A DNA stretch of 64,000 nucleotides from Cyanobacteriota bacterium (GTDB taxonomy: Bacteria > Cyanobacteriota > Cyanobacteriia > Leptolyngbyales > Leptolyngbyaceae), in assembly GCA_046049545.1 (NCBI GenBank), contig JBJORF010000005.1:11875-75874 (forward strand), read 5' to 3'. Position numbers and translations under genes: made by a program. The notes under the pieces were generated by a model. The model was not told where the DNA came from, searched no databases, and saw only the letters and a program-made list of their open reading frames with translations. This document shows positions 28,122-37,687 of the stretch, in pieces. How positions within the stretch are numbered: position 1 is the stretch's first letter; every line of letters starts with the position of its first letter.

Positions 28122-28631
28122 CTAGATGGAATATAACCGCTGCTCAAAGTAGGTTTCGGGTTGGAACGGGGCGACTTCTTCGATGACCCGCAGGCCCCGC
28201 TGTCCCAGGAAAGCTTTTAATGCTGGATCCGGGGATAGGCGGAGATAGCAAGCGGTGATTTCGAGGGGGATTTTGCGATGCCCGAGTTGGTAGGCAGCTT
28301 GGAGCAGTGCGAGGGGAAACAGTGACGTGACAGTGAGGACTGGTTCGGGCTTGGCGCGGACTTGGGCCAGTTCCCCACTGCGCGATCGCAGCCAGTCGCC
28401 ATCGCGTAAAATCGTCCCTGGGGGCAACTGAAGCTGTACTGGAATGTTGCGATCGGTTTTGACTGAGAGGTCGGTATAGGTACGTTCTGCCGCCGTGAGT
28501 TCGAGCAGGTAATCGGGAACGGCATCGGTATGATGGGCTAAGCGTTGAGTAAAAACAGAGTTCACGACGGTTATGGCGGGGTAATGCAAGGGCAGACGCG
28601 ACGCTAGGGCACGCGCAGTCCTTCTCAGCAT
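28122..28631 (-). CDS. ureE: Urease accessory protein UreE (no His-rich tail)
   Basis: LTAAERTYTDLSVKTDRNIPVQLQLPPGTILRDGDWL and AYQLGHRKIPLEI follow the UreE pattern (LGNRH.PL). Stands alone without other ure genes. The start may lie downstream. Confidence 0.6.
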   Translation of the reverse strand: MLRRTARALASRLPLHYPAITVVNSVFTQRLAHHTDAVPDYLLELTAAERTYTDLSVKTDRNIPVQLQLPPGTILRDGDWLRSRSGELAQVRAKPEPVLTVTSLFPLALLQAAYQLGHRKIPLEITACYLRLSPDPALKAFLGQRGLRVIEEVAPFQPETYFEQRLYSI

Positions 28632-28702
28632 AGATCGACTCAGACTTGGCGTACAGCGTGCTATCTGCCCAAAGAGAGATTTTTAGTAAAAATTCGTGCA
28701 AT

Positions 28703-29401
28703 ATGGCTAGCCTTACAGTTTCGTTCTTGTCGTCTGGACTAGTGCGATTGCCCATGCTCATCGAGCTGATCGCTAATTTGGGAGGCTGGGGGATCGTGGG
28801 GTTCGTGGCGCTCTATGTGGCGGTGACGATCGTCAGTTTGCCGACGACGGTGATGACCCTCAGTGCGGGAATAATCTACGGCCCAATCTGGGGTGTTGTG
28901 TATGCCTTTGCGGGTGCATTTTGTGGGGCGGTGGTGTCCTTTGGATTGGGGCGATCGGTGTTGGGCAATTGGCTATTAAAGCAGCTCGCTCGGCTTCCCC
29001 AGAAGCAGCGATCGCAAATCCAAGCGGTGCAGGAGGCCGTGGGTACGGGCGGCTTGCGGCTGGTGCTGTTGGTGCGGTTGTCGCCGCTGCTGCCGTTTGG
29101 CTTATTGAACTATGGATTGGCGCTAACGACGGTGCGCTTTCGGGACTATGCGCTGGGAACGATCGGGATTTTGCCAACGACAGCACTCTATGCTTCCCTG
29201 GCCGGAATGGCGGGGGATTTGGCCCAGGTGAATGGGGCAGCAGCGGGGCCAACGGGCGGTCTGCAACGGCTGTTACAAGGGGTTGGCATTGCGGCGACGA
29301 TCGGCAGTGTGCTCTGGACAACCCGTTTGGCGCGGCGGGAATTGGCGCGGCAGGCAGTCCTGACCGAGGCTGAGTCAGAAATTCAATCGATCGGTGAGTG
29401 A
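28703..29401 (+). CDS. TVP38/TMEM64 (DedA-related) family membrane protein
   Basis: Multi-TM protein with LPTTVMTLSAGIIYGPIWGVVYAFAGAFCGAVVSFGLGR, typical of TVP38. Start ambiguous (28646, 28703 or 28754). Confidence 0.7.
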   Translation: MASLTVSFLSSGLVRLPMLIELIANLGGWGIVGFVALYVAVTIVSLPTTVMTLSAGIIYGPIWGVVYAFAGAFCGAVVSFGLGRSVLGNWLLKQLARLPQKQRSQIQAVQEAVGTGGLRLVLLVRLSPLLPFGLLNYGLALTTVRFRDYALGTIGILPTTALYASLAGMAGDLAQVNGAAAGPTGGLQRLLQGVGIAATIGSVLWTTRLARRELARQAVLTEAESEIQSIGE

Positions 29402-29490
29402 TGATCGGCGGCGCAGGACTGGTTTGGGGCCAGTGGTGGCGGATTGCGGGATGGCCTGGGCATGCTAGGGGCAGTTCTCAAGTCTGCGCG

Positions 29491-31785
29491 ATGCCGATGT
29501 CTCGTTTGAAGCTGATGTCCCATTTCCAGCCACTGCGGCGATCGCTCCAACGATCGTTCTGGCAACAGCGAGGCACCCTAGTGATTACCCCCATTGTGAC
29601 GGGGGTAGTGCTGGCGATGCGGGCTGGTGGCTGGCTCAATCCGCTGGAGCTAGCGTTATTTGATACGGTGATGCGGTATCGGCCCGCGCAGCCTGTGGAC
29701 GATCGGGTGGTGATCGTGGAGGTGAATGAGGCGGATCTCCAGCAATTGCAGCGCTGGCCCGTCAGCGATCACACCTTAGCCCAAGCATTGGATCGCATTC
29801 GGCGCGATCAACCAGCGGCGATCGGTTTGGACTTGTACCGGGATTATGTGGTGCAGCCGGGGAATCAGCAATTGACCCAACTGTTTGCAACGACTCCGAA
29901 CCTGATTGGAATTACGAAACAGAGTACGGATCAAGTCTGGCAGAAGGTGCCACCGCCGCGTGTGCTGGGGGAACTCGATCAGGTGGGCGTGAATGATCTG
30001 GTGGTCGATCGTGATGGTCGAGTGCGGCGGGCCTTGCTGTATTTGCCGACAGACGATCGGGTGTACGAAAGTTTGGCCCTGCGATTAGCGCTGACTTACC
30101 TGGAGTCACGCAATGTATTCCCCAATCCTGATTCTCCGGTGCTGCAATTGGGTTCCGTGCGCTACGAACGGTTGCAGCCCCAGGATGGCCCTTATGTGGG
30201 GGCGGATAATGGCGGCACGCAGCTATGGTTGAACTATCGGGGGGAGACGGGACATTTTCCGCGTGTGGCGTTGACCGATGTGCTGGGCGGGCGCGTGCCC
30301 GCTGGCACTTTCAGGGATCGTGTGGTGCTCGTGGGGGTGACGGCAGTGAGCCTCAAAGATAGTTTTCTCACGCCCTACAGTCAGGGGGGGACGCGATCGC
30401 AGCCCCTCGAAATGCCCGGAGTGGAATTCCATGCCAATGTGGTGAGTCACATCATCAGCCAGGTACTCGATGGGCGATCGGGAATTTGGACTGGGTCAGA
30501 AACCCAGGAAATGCTGTGGATTGGGGCATGGGGCTTGGTGGGGACGGGGTTGGCTTGGCGGTGGCGGTTTGGGCGGCGGCAGCGGGATTGGCTGGGGCGA
30601 CTGACGGGGATGGGCTTGCTCGCTGCCGCTTTGGTGGCGGGGCACTATGGGGCGTTTGTCCAGGGCTATTGGGTGCCGTTGTTGCCGCCGTTGATCAGCT
30701 ATGTCGGTGGGATTGGTCTGGTGCTGGCTCATACGGCCTATCGGGCGGGGGAAATTCGTCAAACCTTTGGGCGCTATCTGTCCGATGAGGTGGTGAATCA
30801 GCTCCTAGACTCACCCGAGGGACGACAGATGGGTGGGGAACGCCGATCGGTGACGATGTTGATTTCCGATTTGCGCGGCTTTAGCGCGATCGCGGAGCAG
30901 TACGCGCCGGAGCAGGTGATGCTGCTGTTGAATCACTATCTGGCCCGCATGACCGATGTAATTGCCCAGTATCAAGGGACGATCGATGAGCTGATGGGCG
31001 ATTCGATTTTGGTGATGTTTGGGGCCCCGACGGCGCGGGTGGATGATGTCGAGCGGGCCTGTGCTTGTGCGATCGCGATGCAGCGGGCCATGGTGGATTT
31101 GGGCCAGAACTTGGAGCCGGAGCTGGCAGTGCAGGTGAATCAATTACAGATGGGGATTGCGTTGCACCATGGCGAGGTGGTGGTGGGGAACATCGGTTCG
31201 ATGAAACGCGCGAAGTATGGCATGGTCGGCAGTCACATCAACCTCGCGGCGCGGATCGAGTCCTATACGGTGGGGGGGCAGATTTTGATTTCGGAATGTC
31301 TGCAACGGCAGTTGCGAACGGCGGTGGAACTGGGGCAATCGATGGAGATTCGGGCGAAGGGCTTTACCGATCCTGTATTGGTGCATGAGCTGCGCGCGAT
31401 CGGCGGGCGCTATGCTCAGGCGCTCCCGCCCTTGGATGAGGTGTTGGTGCCGTTGACCCCGATGGTGGCGATCGAGTGGACTTCGATTCAGTCAAAGCAG
31501 GTGCAACATCCGATGTTGCCAGGGCAGGTGATCCAGTTGTCTTCCCACGGGGCGGTGTTGGCGTTGCCGCAGTCGGTGGCGGTGTTTGGGGATGTGAAGC
31601 TGAAGTGGCCGGGTCACGATGTGGCGGGCCTGGGGGATATCTATGCCAAGGTGGTGGAGGCTTTGGCGATCGATGGGCGGTGGCCAGAGTTGTTGGTGTA
31701 TCGGGTGCGGTTTACGTTTGTGCCCGTGGGGATGCAGCGGCAGTTGCAGGCATTAGTTGCAGGCATCGATCGCGGCGGGCGGTAA
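29491..31785 (+). CDS. CHASE2-domain class III adenylate/guanylate cyclase with an extra C-terminal domain
   Basis: Periplasmic CHASE2-like region between TM segments and a three-TM block. Cyclase core VTMLISDLRGFSAI...GDSILVMFGAP...ARIES. A C-terminal extension of about 130 aa. The ATG at 29491 is preferred. Confidence 0.85.
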   Translation: MPMSRLKLMSHFQPLRRSLQRSFWQQRGTLVITPIVTGVVLAMRAGGWLNPLELALFDTVMRYRPAQPVDDRVVIVEVNEADLQQLQRWPVSDHTLAQALDRIRRDQPAAIGLDLYRDYVVQPGNQQLTQLFATTPNLIGITKQSTDQVWQKVPPPRVLGELDQVGVNDLVVDRDGRVRRALLYLPTDDRVYESLALRLALTYLESRNVFPNPDSPVLQLGSVRYERLQPQDGPYVGADNGGTQLWLNYRGETGHFPRVALTDVLGGRVPAGTFRDRVVLVGVTAVSLKDSFLTPYSQGGTRSQPLEMPGVEFHANVVSHIISQVLDGRSGIWTGSETQEMLWIGAWGLVGTGLAWRWRFGRRQRDWLGRLTGMGLLAAALVAGHYGAFVQGYWVPLLPPLISYVGGIGLVLAHTAYRAGEIRQTFGRYLSDEVVNQLLDSPEGRQMGGERRSVTMLISDLRGFSAIAEQYAPEQVMLLLNHYLARMTDVIAQYQGTIDELMGDSILVMFGAPTARVDDVERACACAIAMQRAMVDLGQNLEPELAVQVNQLQMGIALHHGEVVVGNIGSMKRAKYGMVGSHINLAARIESYTVGGQILISECLQRQLRTAVELGQSMEIRAKGFTDPVLVHELRAIGGRYAQALPPLDEVLVPLTPMVAIEWTSIQSKQVQHPMLPGQVIQLSSHGAVLALPQSVAVFGDVKLKWPGHDVAGLGDIYAKVVEALAIDGRWPELLVYRVRFTFVPVGMQRQLQALVAGIDRGGR

Positions 31786-31919
31786 ACCCAGTGCGGTTGG
31801 ATCGGGGAACACCCCGGCAACTTTTCGATCGGAATCTGCGTCCTGATCCTAAAATCGATAGGGTGAATAGCTGGTTGAACCCTCGATCGGGCTAATCCCT
31901 TCTCTCCTTGAGCACCGTC

Positions 31920-33146
31920 ATGAAGAACCCCTTTGCCAATTTTGATCTCGAAGAATCACTGTCGGGTTTACCCGATGGGCTGCGGGAGCCGATGGTGCTG
32001 GCGGTGGTGGCATCGGGCTTGGTGCATGGTTTTACGTTTTTGTTGTTGCCTGTGTTGACGACTTCGGCGGAAGCGAAGAATCAGGGAACCGAGCGGATTG
32101 TGAGTGTGGTGGAGCTAACCCCGGAGGAGCAGGCGAAGTTGCCAGTGACGATGACGGCGGTGAATCCATTGGTGAATCCATTAGCGCCGGGAGCTTTGAG
32201 TAAGGTGCCGTTGACGGGGCTGTTCCCGAGTTCGACTACGCCGGGGATTCAGCTCACACCGAATCCGAATCCGGTGAATGACTTTTTCAATAATGTGAAT
32301 AAGAGCAGCAGTGGGAGTACTGGCAGTTTGGGGTTGGGCAGCTATTCCTTGGGTAATCCGATTATTACGGGGTCGAGTAATCTTGATAATGGCTTAGATG
32401 CGGCTGAGCGTAAGCGGTTGCGAGAATTAGAAAAAGCTGACGCGGAACGCAAGGCCAAAGAAGCAGAAGCCAAAGCGAAGCAAGAAGAAGAAGCGAAGCA
32501 AACGGCTGAGCAAAAAGATCAGAAAAACGATCCGAAGAATCAGACTCAGGTTGACCCAGGCGGACAAAACAATAGCCCAACACCGCCTGGAACCCAGCCG
32601 GGAACACCTTCCACTTCGGCAACTCAGTTGCAGCCAACGCCTGCACTGATCGCGGCGACAACCTATGGACTGCCTGAAGGTGCGGACAAGCCTGAATATG
32701 TGACGCAGCAAAGTCAACAATTGCAGAATTCGATTCTTACGGCGTTGCTGCCTGAGGCCTTGCGCAACCTTCCTTCGGATAATCCCCAACGCCAGCAATG
32801 GGAAACCGCAAATCAAGATCAGATTGGTAAAACAGCCATTTACATGGCAACTCAATTGCAGCCACAGACTATTACAGCCCGTCCGGCCCCGCTGCCCCCT
32901 GGCATCACCGAATTCAAATTTAATGGTGCGCCGCCGCAGACACAGGTGAATGCTGTGATTGAAGTCTATGTCACGCCAGAAGGGAAGCTGATGGCCGCAC
33001 CGACTTTGGTGCGCTCATCTGGCTTTAAGCATTTAGATGATCTGGCGGTGAAAGAGATTACTGAGGCAGTTGCGAAGGTGCCCCTCAAAAATCCGGTTCG
33101 TTACACGGTTCTATTTGATTTGCCATCGGCAAAGCCCGCAGCGTAG
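31920..33146 (+). CDS. TonB-like energy-transducer family protein
   Basis: N-terminal TM anchor, a long Pro/Gln/Lys/Glu-rich spacer, and a C-terminal block VNAVIEVYVTPEGKL...VRSSGFKHLDDLAVKEI resembling TonB_C. ATG at 31920 (the ORF-track start at 31908 is TTG). Confidence 0.55.
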   Translation: MKNPFANFDLEESLSGLPDGLREPMVLAVVASGLVHGFTFLLLPVLTTSAEAKNQGTERIVSVVELTPEEQAKLPVTMTAVNPLVNPLAPGALSKVPLTGLFPSSTTPGIQLTPNPNPVNDFFNNVNKSSSGSTGSLGLGSYSLGNPIITGSSNLDNGLDAAERKRLRELEKADAERKAKEAEAKAKQEEEAKQTAEQKDQKNDPKNQTQVDPGGQNNSPTPPGTQPGTPSTSATQLQPTPALIAATTYGLPEGADKPEYVTQQSQQLQNSILTALLPEALRNLPSDNPQRQQWETANQDQIGKTAIYMATQLQPQTITARPAPLPPGITEFKFNGAPPQTQVNAVIEVYVTPEGKLMAAPTLVRSSGFKHLDDLAVKEITEAVAKVPLKNPVRYTVLFDLPSAKPAA

Positions 33147-33147
33147 T

Positions 33148-33774
33148 CTATTGAGGCTGATTCAAATTGACCTTAGCCCGATGAATTAACCGATCGCCAT
33201 GACGATACCCAACATACTTCACCTGCACTGAATCACCAGGATTGGGTGCAGCACCGATCGGTTGATGAATTGCTGGATCAAATTCCACCGTTGCGCCGAC
33301 CTGCCCGATCGGTTCCACGCCCCATTCGCGCAGCAGATTTTCCACGGGACGCACTAACGGCAACAGCTTTACCGCTGGCGCTGTGGGGTTTTGCTGGGCG
33401 GCGTAGGCAGCGGTGGGCCATTGCAATAACCAGGATTCCAGGGTTTGTAGGGCGGCTTGCTGGAAGGCTTTTTGCGATTCGGCGGACTGTTCTTGCAGTT
33501 GTTGCTGGAGCCGATCGTATTCAGCTTGCAGACGGTCAGTTGGAGGTGCTGGAGCGGGCGATTCCGTCAGGGCGGCGAGCAAGGCGCTCGTTGATAAACC
33601 CAACCCCTGAGCGACTTTAGCGATCGTGCCCAACTGCATGGTCGCCATTTGGCCGCGCCGCAGGCGGCGGATCACCTTTTCGGTCACGCCGCTGACCTGA
33701 CAGAGTTCGACATAGCTGTGGATGCCGCGCGATCGCATCAAGGTTTGCAGCCGATCGGTATAGTCGCCGCCCAT
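33148..33774 (-). CDS. HTH (XRE-type) domain protein with a GrpE-like C-terminal domain
   Basis: N-terminal LMRSRGIHSYVELCQVSGVTEKVIRRLRRG, a coiled-coil middle, and C-terminal VEFDPAIHQPIG...VQVKYVGYRHGDRLIHRAKVNL, which matches the GrpE beta-domain motif. Confidence 0.65.
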   Translation of the reverse strand: MGGDYTDRLQTLMRSRGIHSYVELCQVSGVTEKVIRRLRRGQMATMQLGTIAKVAQGLGLSTSALLAALTESPAPAPPTDRLQAEYDRLQQQLQEQSAESQKAFQQAALQTLESWLLQWPTAAYAAQQNPTAPAVKLLPLVRPVENLLREWGVEPIGQVGATVEFDPAIHQPIGAAPNPGDSVQVKYVGYRHGDRLIHRAKVNLNQPQ

Positions 33775-33783
33775 GATCGCCCC

Positions 33784-34263
33784 CTACTCCAACATGCTCC
33801 GCAACATCCAAGCATTCTTCTCATGGAGCTGCATCCGCTGCGTCAGCAAATCCGCCGTTGGTTCATCATGGGCTTCATCCACTAACGGGAAGATCGATCG
33901 GGCCGTGCGGACGATCGCTTCCTGGCCTTCGACCAACTGTTGCAGCATTTCTGTGGCTTTTGGCACACCCACGGGTTCCGGAATGGAAGTCAGCTTGGCA
34001 TATTCGCTGTAAGTCCCCGGCGCGGGGTAACCTAAGGCCCGAATCCGTTCCGCAATCAAGTCCACTGCCAGCGCCAGCTCCGTGTACTGCGTTTCAAACA
34101 TTAAGTGCAACGTATTGAACATCGGGCCAGTCACGTTCCAGTGGAAGTTATGGGTCTTGAGATAGAGACTGTATGTATCGGCTAACAACCGCGATAGCCC
34201 CTCCGCAATACCTTTGCGCGTTTCGGGGTCAATACCAATATTGACGGGGCTTTGAGTAGTCAT
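33784..34263 (-). CDS. dps: Dps-family DNA-protecting / ferritin-like protein
   Basis: LYLKTHNFHWNVTGPMFNTLHLMFETQYTEL...AVDLIAERIRALG is the canonical Dps ferroxidase region. Confidence 0.9.
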   Translation of the reverse strand: MTTQSPVNIGIDPETRKGIAEGLSRLLADTYSLYLKTHNFHWNVTGPMFNTLHLMFETQYTELALAVDLIAERIRALGYPAPGTYSEYAKLTSIPEPVGVPKATEMLQQLVEGQEAIVRTARSIFPLVDEAHDEPTADLLTQRMQLHEKNAWMLRSMLE

Positions 34264-34500
34264 GGGGTCAAGCTCCTGAACAAAATGAAGGGATAGCGTT
34301 TTAGTTGAGTGTTTCTAAAGCATAGTCGGAATGACTACGACTTGCAAGATGCTGATCGGCGATCGCGGTGGATCAGGTAAGAGCGGCAAGTCTTGCGTAT
34401 CGCCGAGTCATCGGTCATTTGGCGGAATTTTCCTGATTCGATGGATGGGGGCGGTTATTTGGAGTAGATGGGTTCCCGTTTCAACATCGTCAGACTGTTT

Positions 34501-34544
34501 GACCGAGATTTTTTTGGCCGAGATTTTTCTGGCCGAGATTTTTT
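34501..34544. repeat. 15-bp tandem repeat x3 (GRCCGAGATTTTTYT)
   Basis: Copies at 34501-34515, 34516-30 and 34531-44, about 40 nt upstream of the ATG at 34587. Confidence 0.8.
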
Positions 34545-34586
34545 GATTGACTGCATCTATATCCAGTAAGCACTGCTCGATCGATT

Positions 34587-35867
34587 ATGACCCAAGCCTA
34601 TCAGCCTCCCCAGGATTTCTCCCGTTTATCTTCCGATCGTTCAAAACCGCTGATTCAGCGTCCCAGCCCGAAATTATTGGCCCGCCGGGCGGTTGCCCGC
34701 CAAGGTCGGCGATCGCTGCAACCGCCGACCGCGCCCGTTCCATCTTGGCCCGGAATGGAGCTGTCCCCAGCGCCCTTGCCGCAGGCTAAACCAGTTGCTA
34801 AACCGATTGTCCAGCCTGTTGCCATCAAGCCTTCCCAGCGTTTGACCTTCGATTGGCGTGCCCTTTTGCAGGAAGCGCGGGAGCGCAATCGTCTGGCCGC
34901 CCGTCAGCCAAAAACCAAATTACCGCAAGCGAAAGCACCGCAAGCGAAAGCACCGCAAGCGAAAGCCCGCGTCCAGCGCGTGGGGTCGGCGCTGACTGAC
35001 CCCATACCCACTCCCAATTCCCGATCGGTGCGGCGCGGCCAGGAGCAACGTCCGGTGATTCGGGTCAATGAAGTCGGTCGTCCGGCCAGCCGCCCCAGCC
35101 AAACCCTCGCCCGATCGCCGCGATCGGGCAGTCAGCAATACATTCAACGCCTGAATGCTCTCCGTAACGGCCAACTCTATCCCCAAATTCCCCGTGATAG
35201 CTTCTACGAGCAGTGGAGTCAGGCGACCCAACAACCGACCTACGAACAGTGGCGTGAGTTACTGGCCCTCGAAGCCCGTGCCGCTGGCCGTAATCGTGGG
35301 GGCGAAACCTTGACGGTGATGGTCGGGGATTCCTTGAGCCAGTGGTTCCCCAGCGATCGCTTACCGGATCAGCAGGTTTGGCTCAATCAAGGGATTTCGG
35401 GCGACACCACCAGCGGTATTCTGAATCGGCTGAACGCTCTGGACAGCACCCAACCGGATACGATCTACCTGATGGCGGGCGTGAATGATCTCAAGCGGGG
35501 TTTGAAAGAACAGCAAGTTTTGCGGAACATTAACCAGATCGTCAGCCGTCTAAAGCGGCAGCATCCCACCGCGCAAATTATTGTCCAGTCGATCCTGCCG
35601 ACCCGCTCCGAGCAAATTCCGAATCAACGCATTGTCAAACTCAATCCCTTGATTCAGCAATTGGCCCAGCGGCACGGCGTGAATTATCTCGACTTAGCGC
35701 AGCAATTTCGCGATGACGATGGCGGCTTACGGGCCGACCTGACCACAGATGGGATTCATCTGTCGCCCCAGGGCTACCAAGTTTGGCAGTCGGCGCTGCA
35801 ACGGATGGATCAACGCTTGGCCCAACGTCCCACGCGGACGATCGCGCGGGCCCAGACACCGGAGTGA
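34587..35867 (+). CDS. SGNH/GDSL-family hydrolase with a long Pro/Gln/Arg-rich N-terminal region
   Basis: Block I VMVGDSLS, block III MAGVNDL and block V TDGIHLS in the C-terminal half. The N-terminal half is low complexity. Confidence 0.8.
   Translation: MTQAYQPPQDFSRLSSDRSKPLIQRPSPKLLARRAVARQGRRSLQPPTAPVPSWPGMELSPAPLPQAKPVAKPIVQPVAIKPSQRLTFDWRALLQEARERNRLAARQPKTKLPQAKAPQAKAPQAKARVQRVGSALTDPIPTPNSRSVRRGQEQRPVIRVNEVGRPASRPSQTLARSPRSGSQQYIQRLNALRNGQLYPQIPRDSFYEQWSQATQQPTYEQWRELLALEARAAGRNRGGETLTVMVGDSLSQWFPSDRLPDQQVWLNQGISGDTTSGILNRLNALDSTQPDTIYLMAGVNDLKRGLKEQQVLRNINQIVSRLKRQHPTAQIIVQSILPTRSEQIPNQRIVKLNPLIQQLAQRHGVNYLDLAQQFRDDDGGLRADLTTDGIHLSPQGYQVWQSALQRMDQRLAQRPTRTIARAQTPE
34922..34966. repeat. 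In-frame perfect 15-bp tandem repeat x3 (ACCGCAAGCGAAAGC; encodes PQAKA x3)
   Basis: Copies at 34922-36, 34937-51 and 34952-66, within the SGNH hydrolase gene. Confidence 0.85.
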
Positions 35868-35991
35868 GCGCAGGGGCGGTAAGTCGATCGGTAGGCGGAC
35901 GCTGGTTTGAGTCAAAACTCAAAAAACGACTCAATCCTGCTCCAAAATCCCGATAAAATCATGAAGATTATCGCCCCTGAAGGACTGCAAC

Positions 35992-37614
35992 ATGGTTTTG
36001 GTGTCTTACGTCTCGGTGTGTCGAACGGGTTTGGGTGCGGTGGTGGGCGCGATCGCGCCGATCGTCGGCTTCGCGATCCCGGCTCCAGCGCAAGATGTGG
36101 AATTGCAAGTGGGGATTGTCCAGCGGTTTGGGGATCGGCCCCAAGACGTGATGACCTTAACGCCGTTGCCCGGAGATCAGCTCACGGTCAAGGTCACCCA
36201 GGGCGATGGCAGCGTCAAGACCTTGCAGGTGCCGAGCCTGAAGCTCGAAATTCAAATGCTGCCCGTGACACCGCGCGTTGAGCAGAAAGTCATTTTCAGC
36301 GAACACCGCAGCTTTGAAACTGCTGAAGAAATGGCGCAGCAGTGGCGGGCGCGTGGGGCACAGGTGGAAATTGCCCAGCCGAATCGCTGGCAGGTCTGGG
36401 CTGATCGGCAGGTGTATAAGTCTCCCGCTGTCCTCGGGCTGCTGGTGCAAAACCTCGAACAGCAAGGGGTCAAAGTCCGGCTCGAAACCAAAAACGTCAC
36501 CCAAGTGCCGATGCCTTCCTTTGTGGCGGGGGGCTTTCGGTTCAATCGCGATCGGGTCGAGATTGTGGCGGGCCGGGGCGTGATTCAGGTCGATCGCGAC
36601 AAGGATGATGCCCCGAAACGGAGCTATCCGGGTCGGCTGCGATTACAGCCGAATGCTTACGGCACGACGACTTTGGTTAACTTAGTGCCGTTGGAAACCT
36701 ATCTCCGGGGTGTGGTGCCCTACGAAATTGGCGCGAATGCACCGTTCCAGTCGATGGCAGCTCAGGCGGTATTGGCCCGGACTTACGTGTTGCGGAATAC
36801 GCGGCGATTTACGATCGATGGCTATCAGCTTTGTGCGACAACGCAATGCCAGGTCTACTTTGGCTTGAACGGCACAACGGAGGCAACCGATCGGGCGATC
36901 GCCCTTACGCGCGGTCAAGTGCTGACCTACAACAACGAATTGGTGGATGCGCTCTACTCTTCGACTACGGGCGGCGCAACGGCGGCCTTCACCGATGTCT
37001 GGCGGGGCAATCCCCGACCCTATCTACGGGCGAAGATTGATTCGGTGGGCGGCGTGTGGAATTTGGCACAGCAACCGCTGACCGATGAAAGCAACTTCCG
37101 GGCCTTCATTAGCCAGAAGCAAGGCTTCAACGAAACCGATATTTCCAATTATTTCCGCTGGCAGAAGAAAGCCACGATCAAAAAGCTGGGCGAAGATCTG
37201 CGCAAATATCTCACGAGTATTGAGCATCCGTTAGCCAATTTTCAAGCAATTACGAATATTCAGGTGATGGAGCGATCGGCGGGGGGGCGCGTATTCCGTC
37301 TGGGGATCGTGACGGATCTCGGGGCGATCGAACTCGAACGCGATGAAATCCTACTCGCGTTTGAAGCGCCCAATAGCTTGCTGTTTTATGTGGATCCCAT
37401 CTTTGATGAGAAGACAAAAGCCCTGTCTGGGTTTAACTTCACTGGCGGTGGTTTGGGGCATGCCGTGGGCTTGAGCCAATATGGGTCGTATAATCTGGGG
37501 AAACTGGGCTGGAATTACGATCGGATTCTGGACTTTTATTTCCCCGATACGAAGTTGCAGCCGATTAATCCCGGGATTACGGCTTACCGTGAGGTGCTAC
37601 CGCCGCTGCGTTAG
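35992..37614 (+). CDS. SpoIID/LytB-domain protein (amidase enhancer / lytic transglycosylase family)
   Basis: Signal-like N-terminus. LVPLETYLRGVVPYEI, DALYSSTTGG and GHAVGLSQYG are motifs of the SpoIID family. Confidence 0.85.
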   Translation: MVLVSYVSVCRTGLGAVVGAIAPIVGFAIPAPAQDVELQVGIVQRFGDRPQDVMTLTPLPGDQLTVKVTQGDGSVKTLQVPSLKLEIQMLPVTPRVEQKVIFSEHRSFETAEEMAQQWRARGAQVEIAQPNRWQVWADRQVYKSPAVLGLLVQNLEQQGVKVRLETKNVTQVPMPSFVAGGFRFNRDRVEIVAGRGVIQVDRDKDDAPKRSYPGRLRLQPNAYGTTTLVNLVPLETYLRGVVPYEIGANAPFQSMAAQAVLARTYVLRNTRRFTIDGYQLCATTQCQVYFGLNGTTEATDRAIALTRGQVLTYNNELVDALYSSTTGGATAAFTDVWRGNPRPYLRAKIDSVGGVWNLAQQPLTDESNFRAFISQKQGFNETDISNYFRWQKKATIKKLGEDLRKYLTSIEHPLANFQAITNIQVMERSAGGRVFRLGIVTDLGAIELERDEILLAFEAPNSLLFYVDPIFDEKTKALSGFNFTGGGLGHAVGLSQYGSYNLGKLGWNYDRILDFYFPDTKLQPINPGITAYREVLPPLR

Positions 37615-37687
37615 GTTCAGCGCGAGTTTTGTCGCGATTCAAGGTAAAATCAGCAAGCTATTTCAGAACTGGGGAATCGGTAGAGTC

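Noticed and set aside
28122-28631. Isolated ureE as evidence of a disrupted urease cluster
   Set aside because: Urease genes are commonly dispersed in cyanobacterial genomes. The ORF is intact and nothing in the flanks looks degraded.
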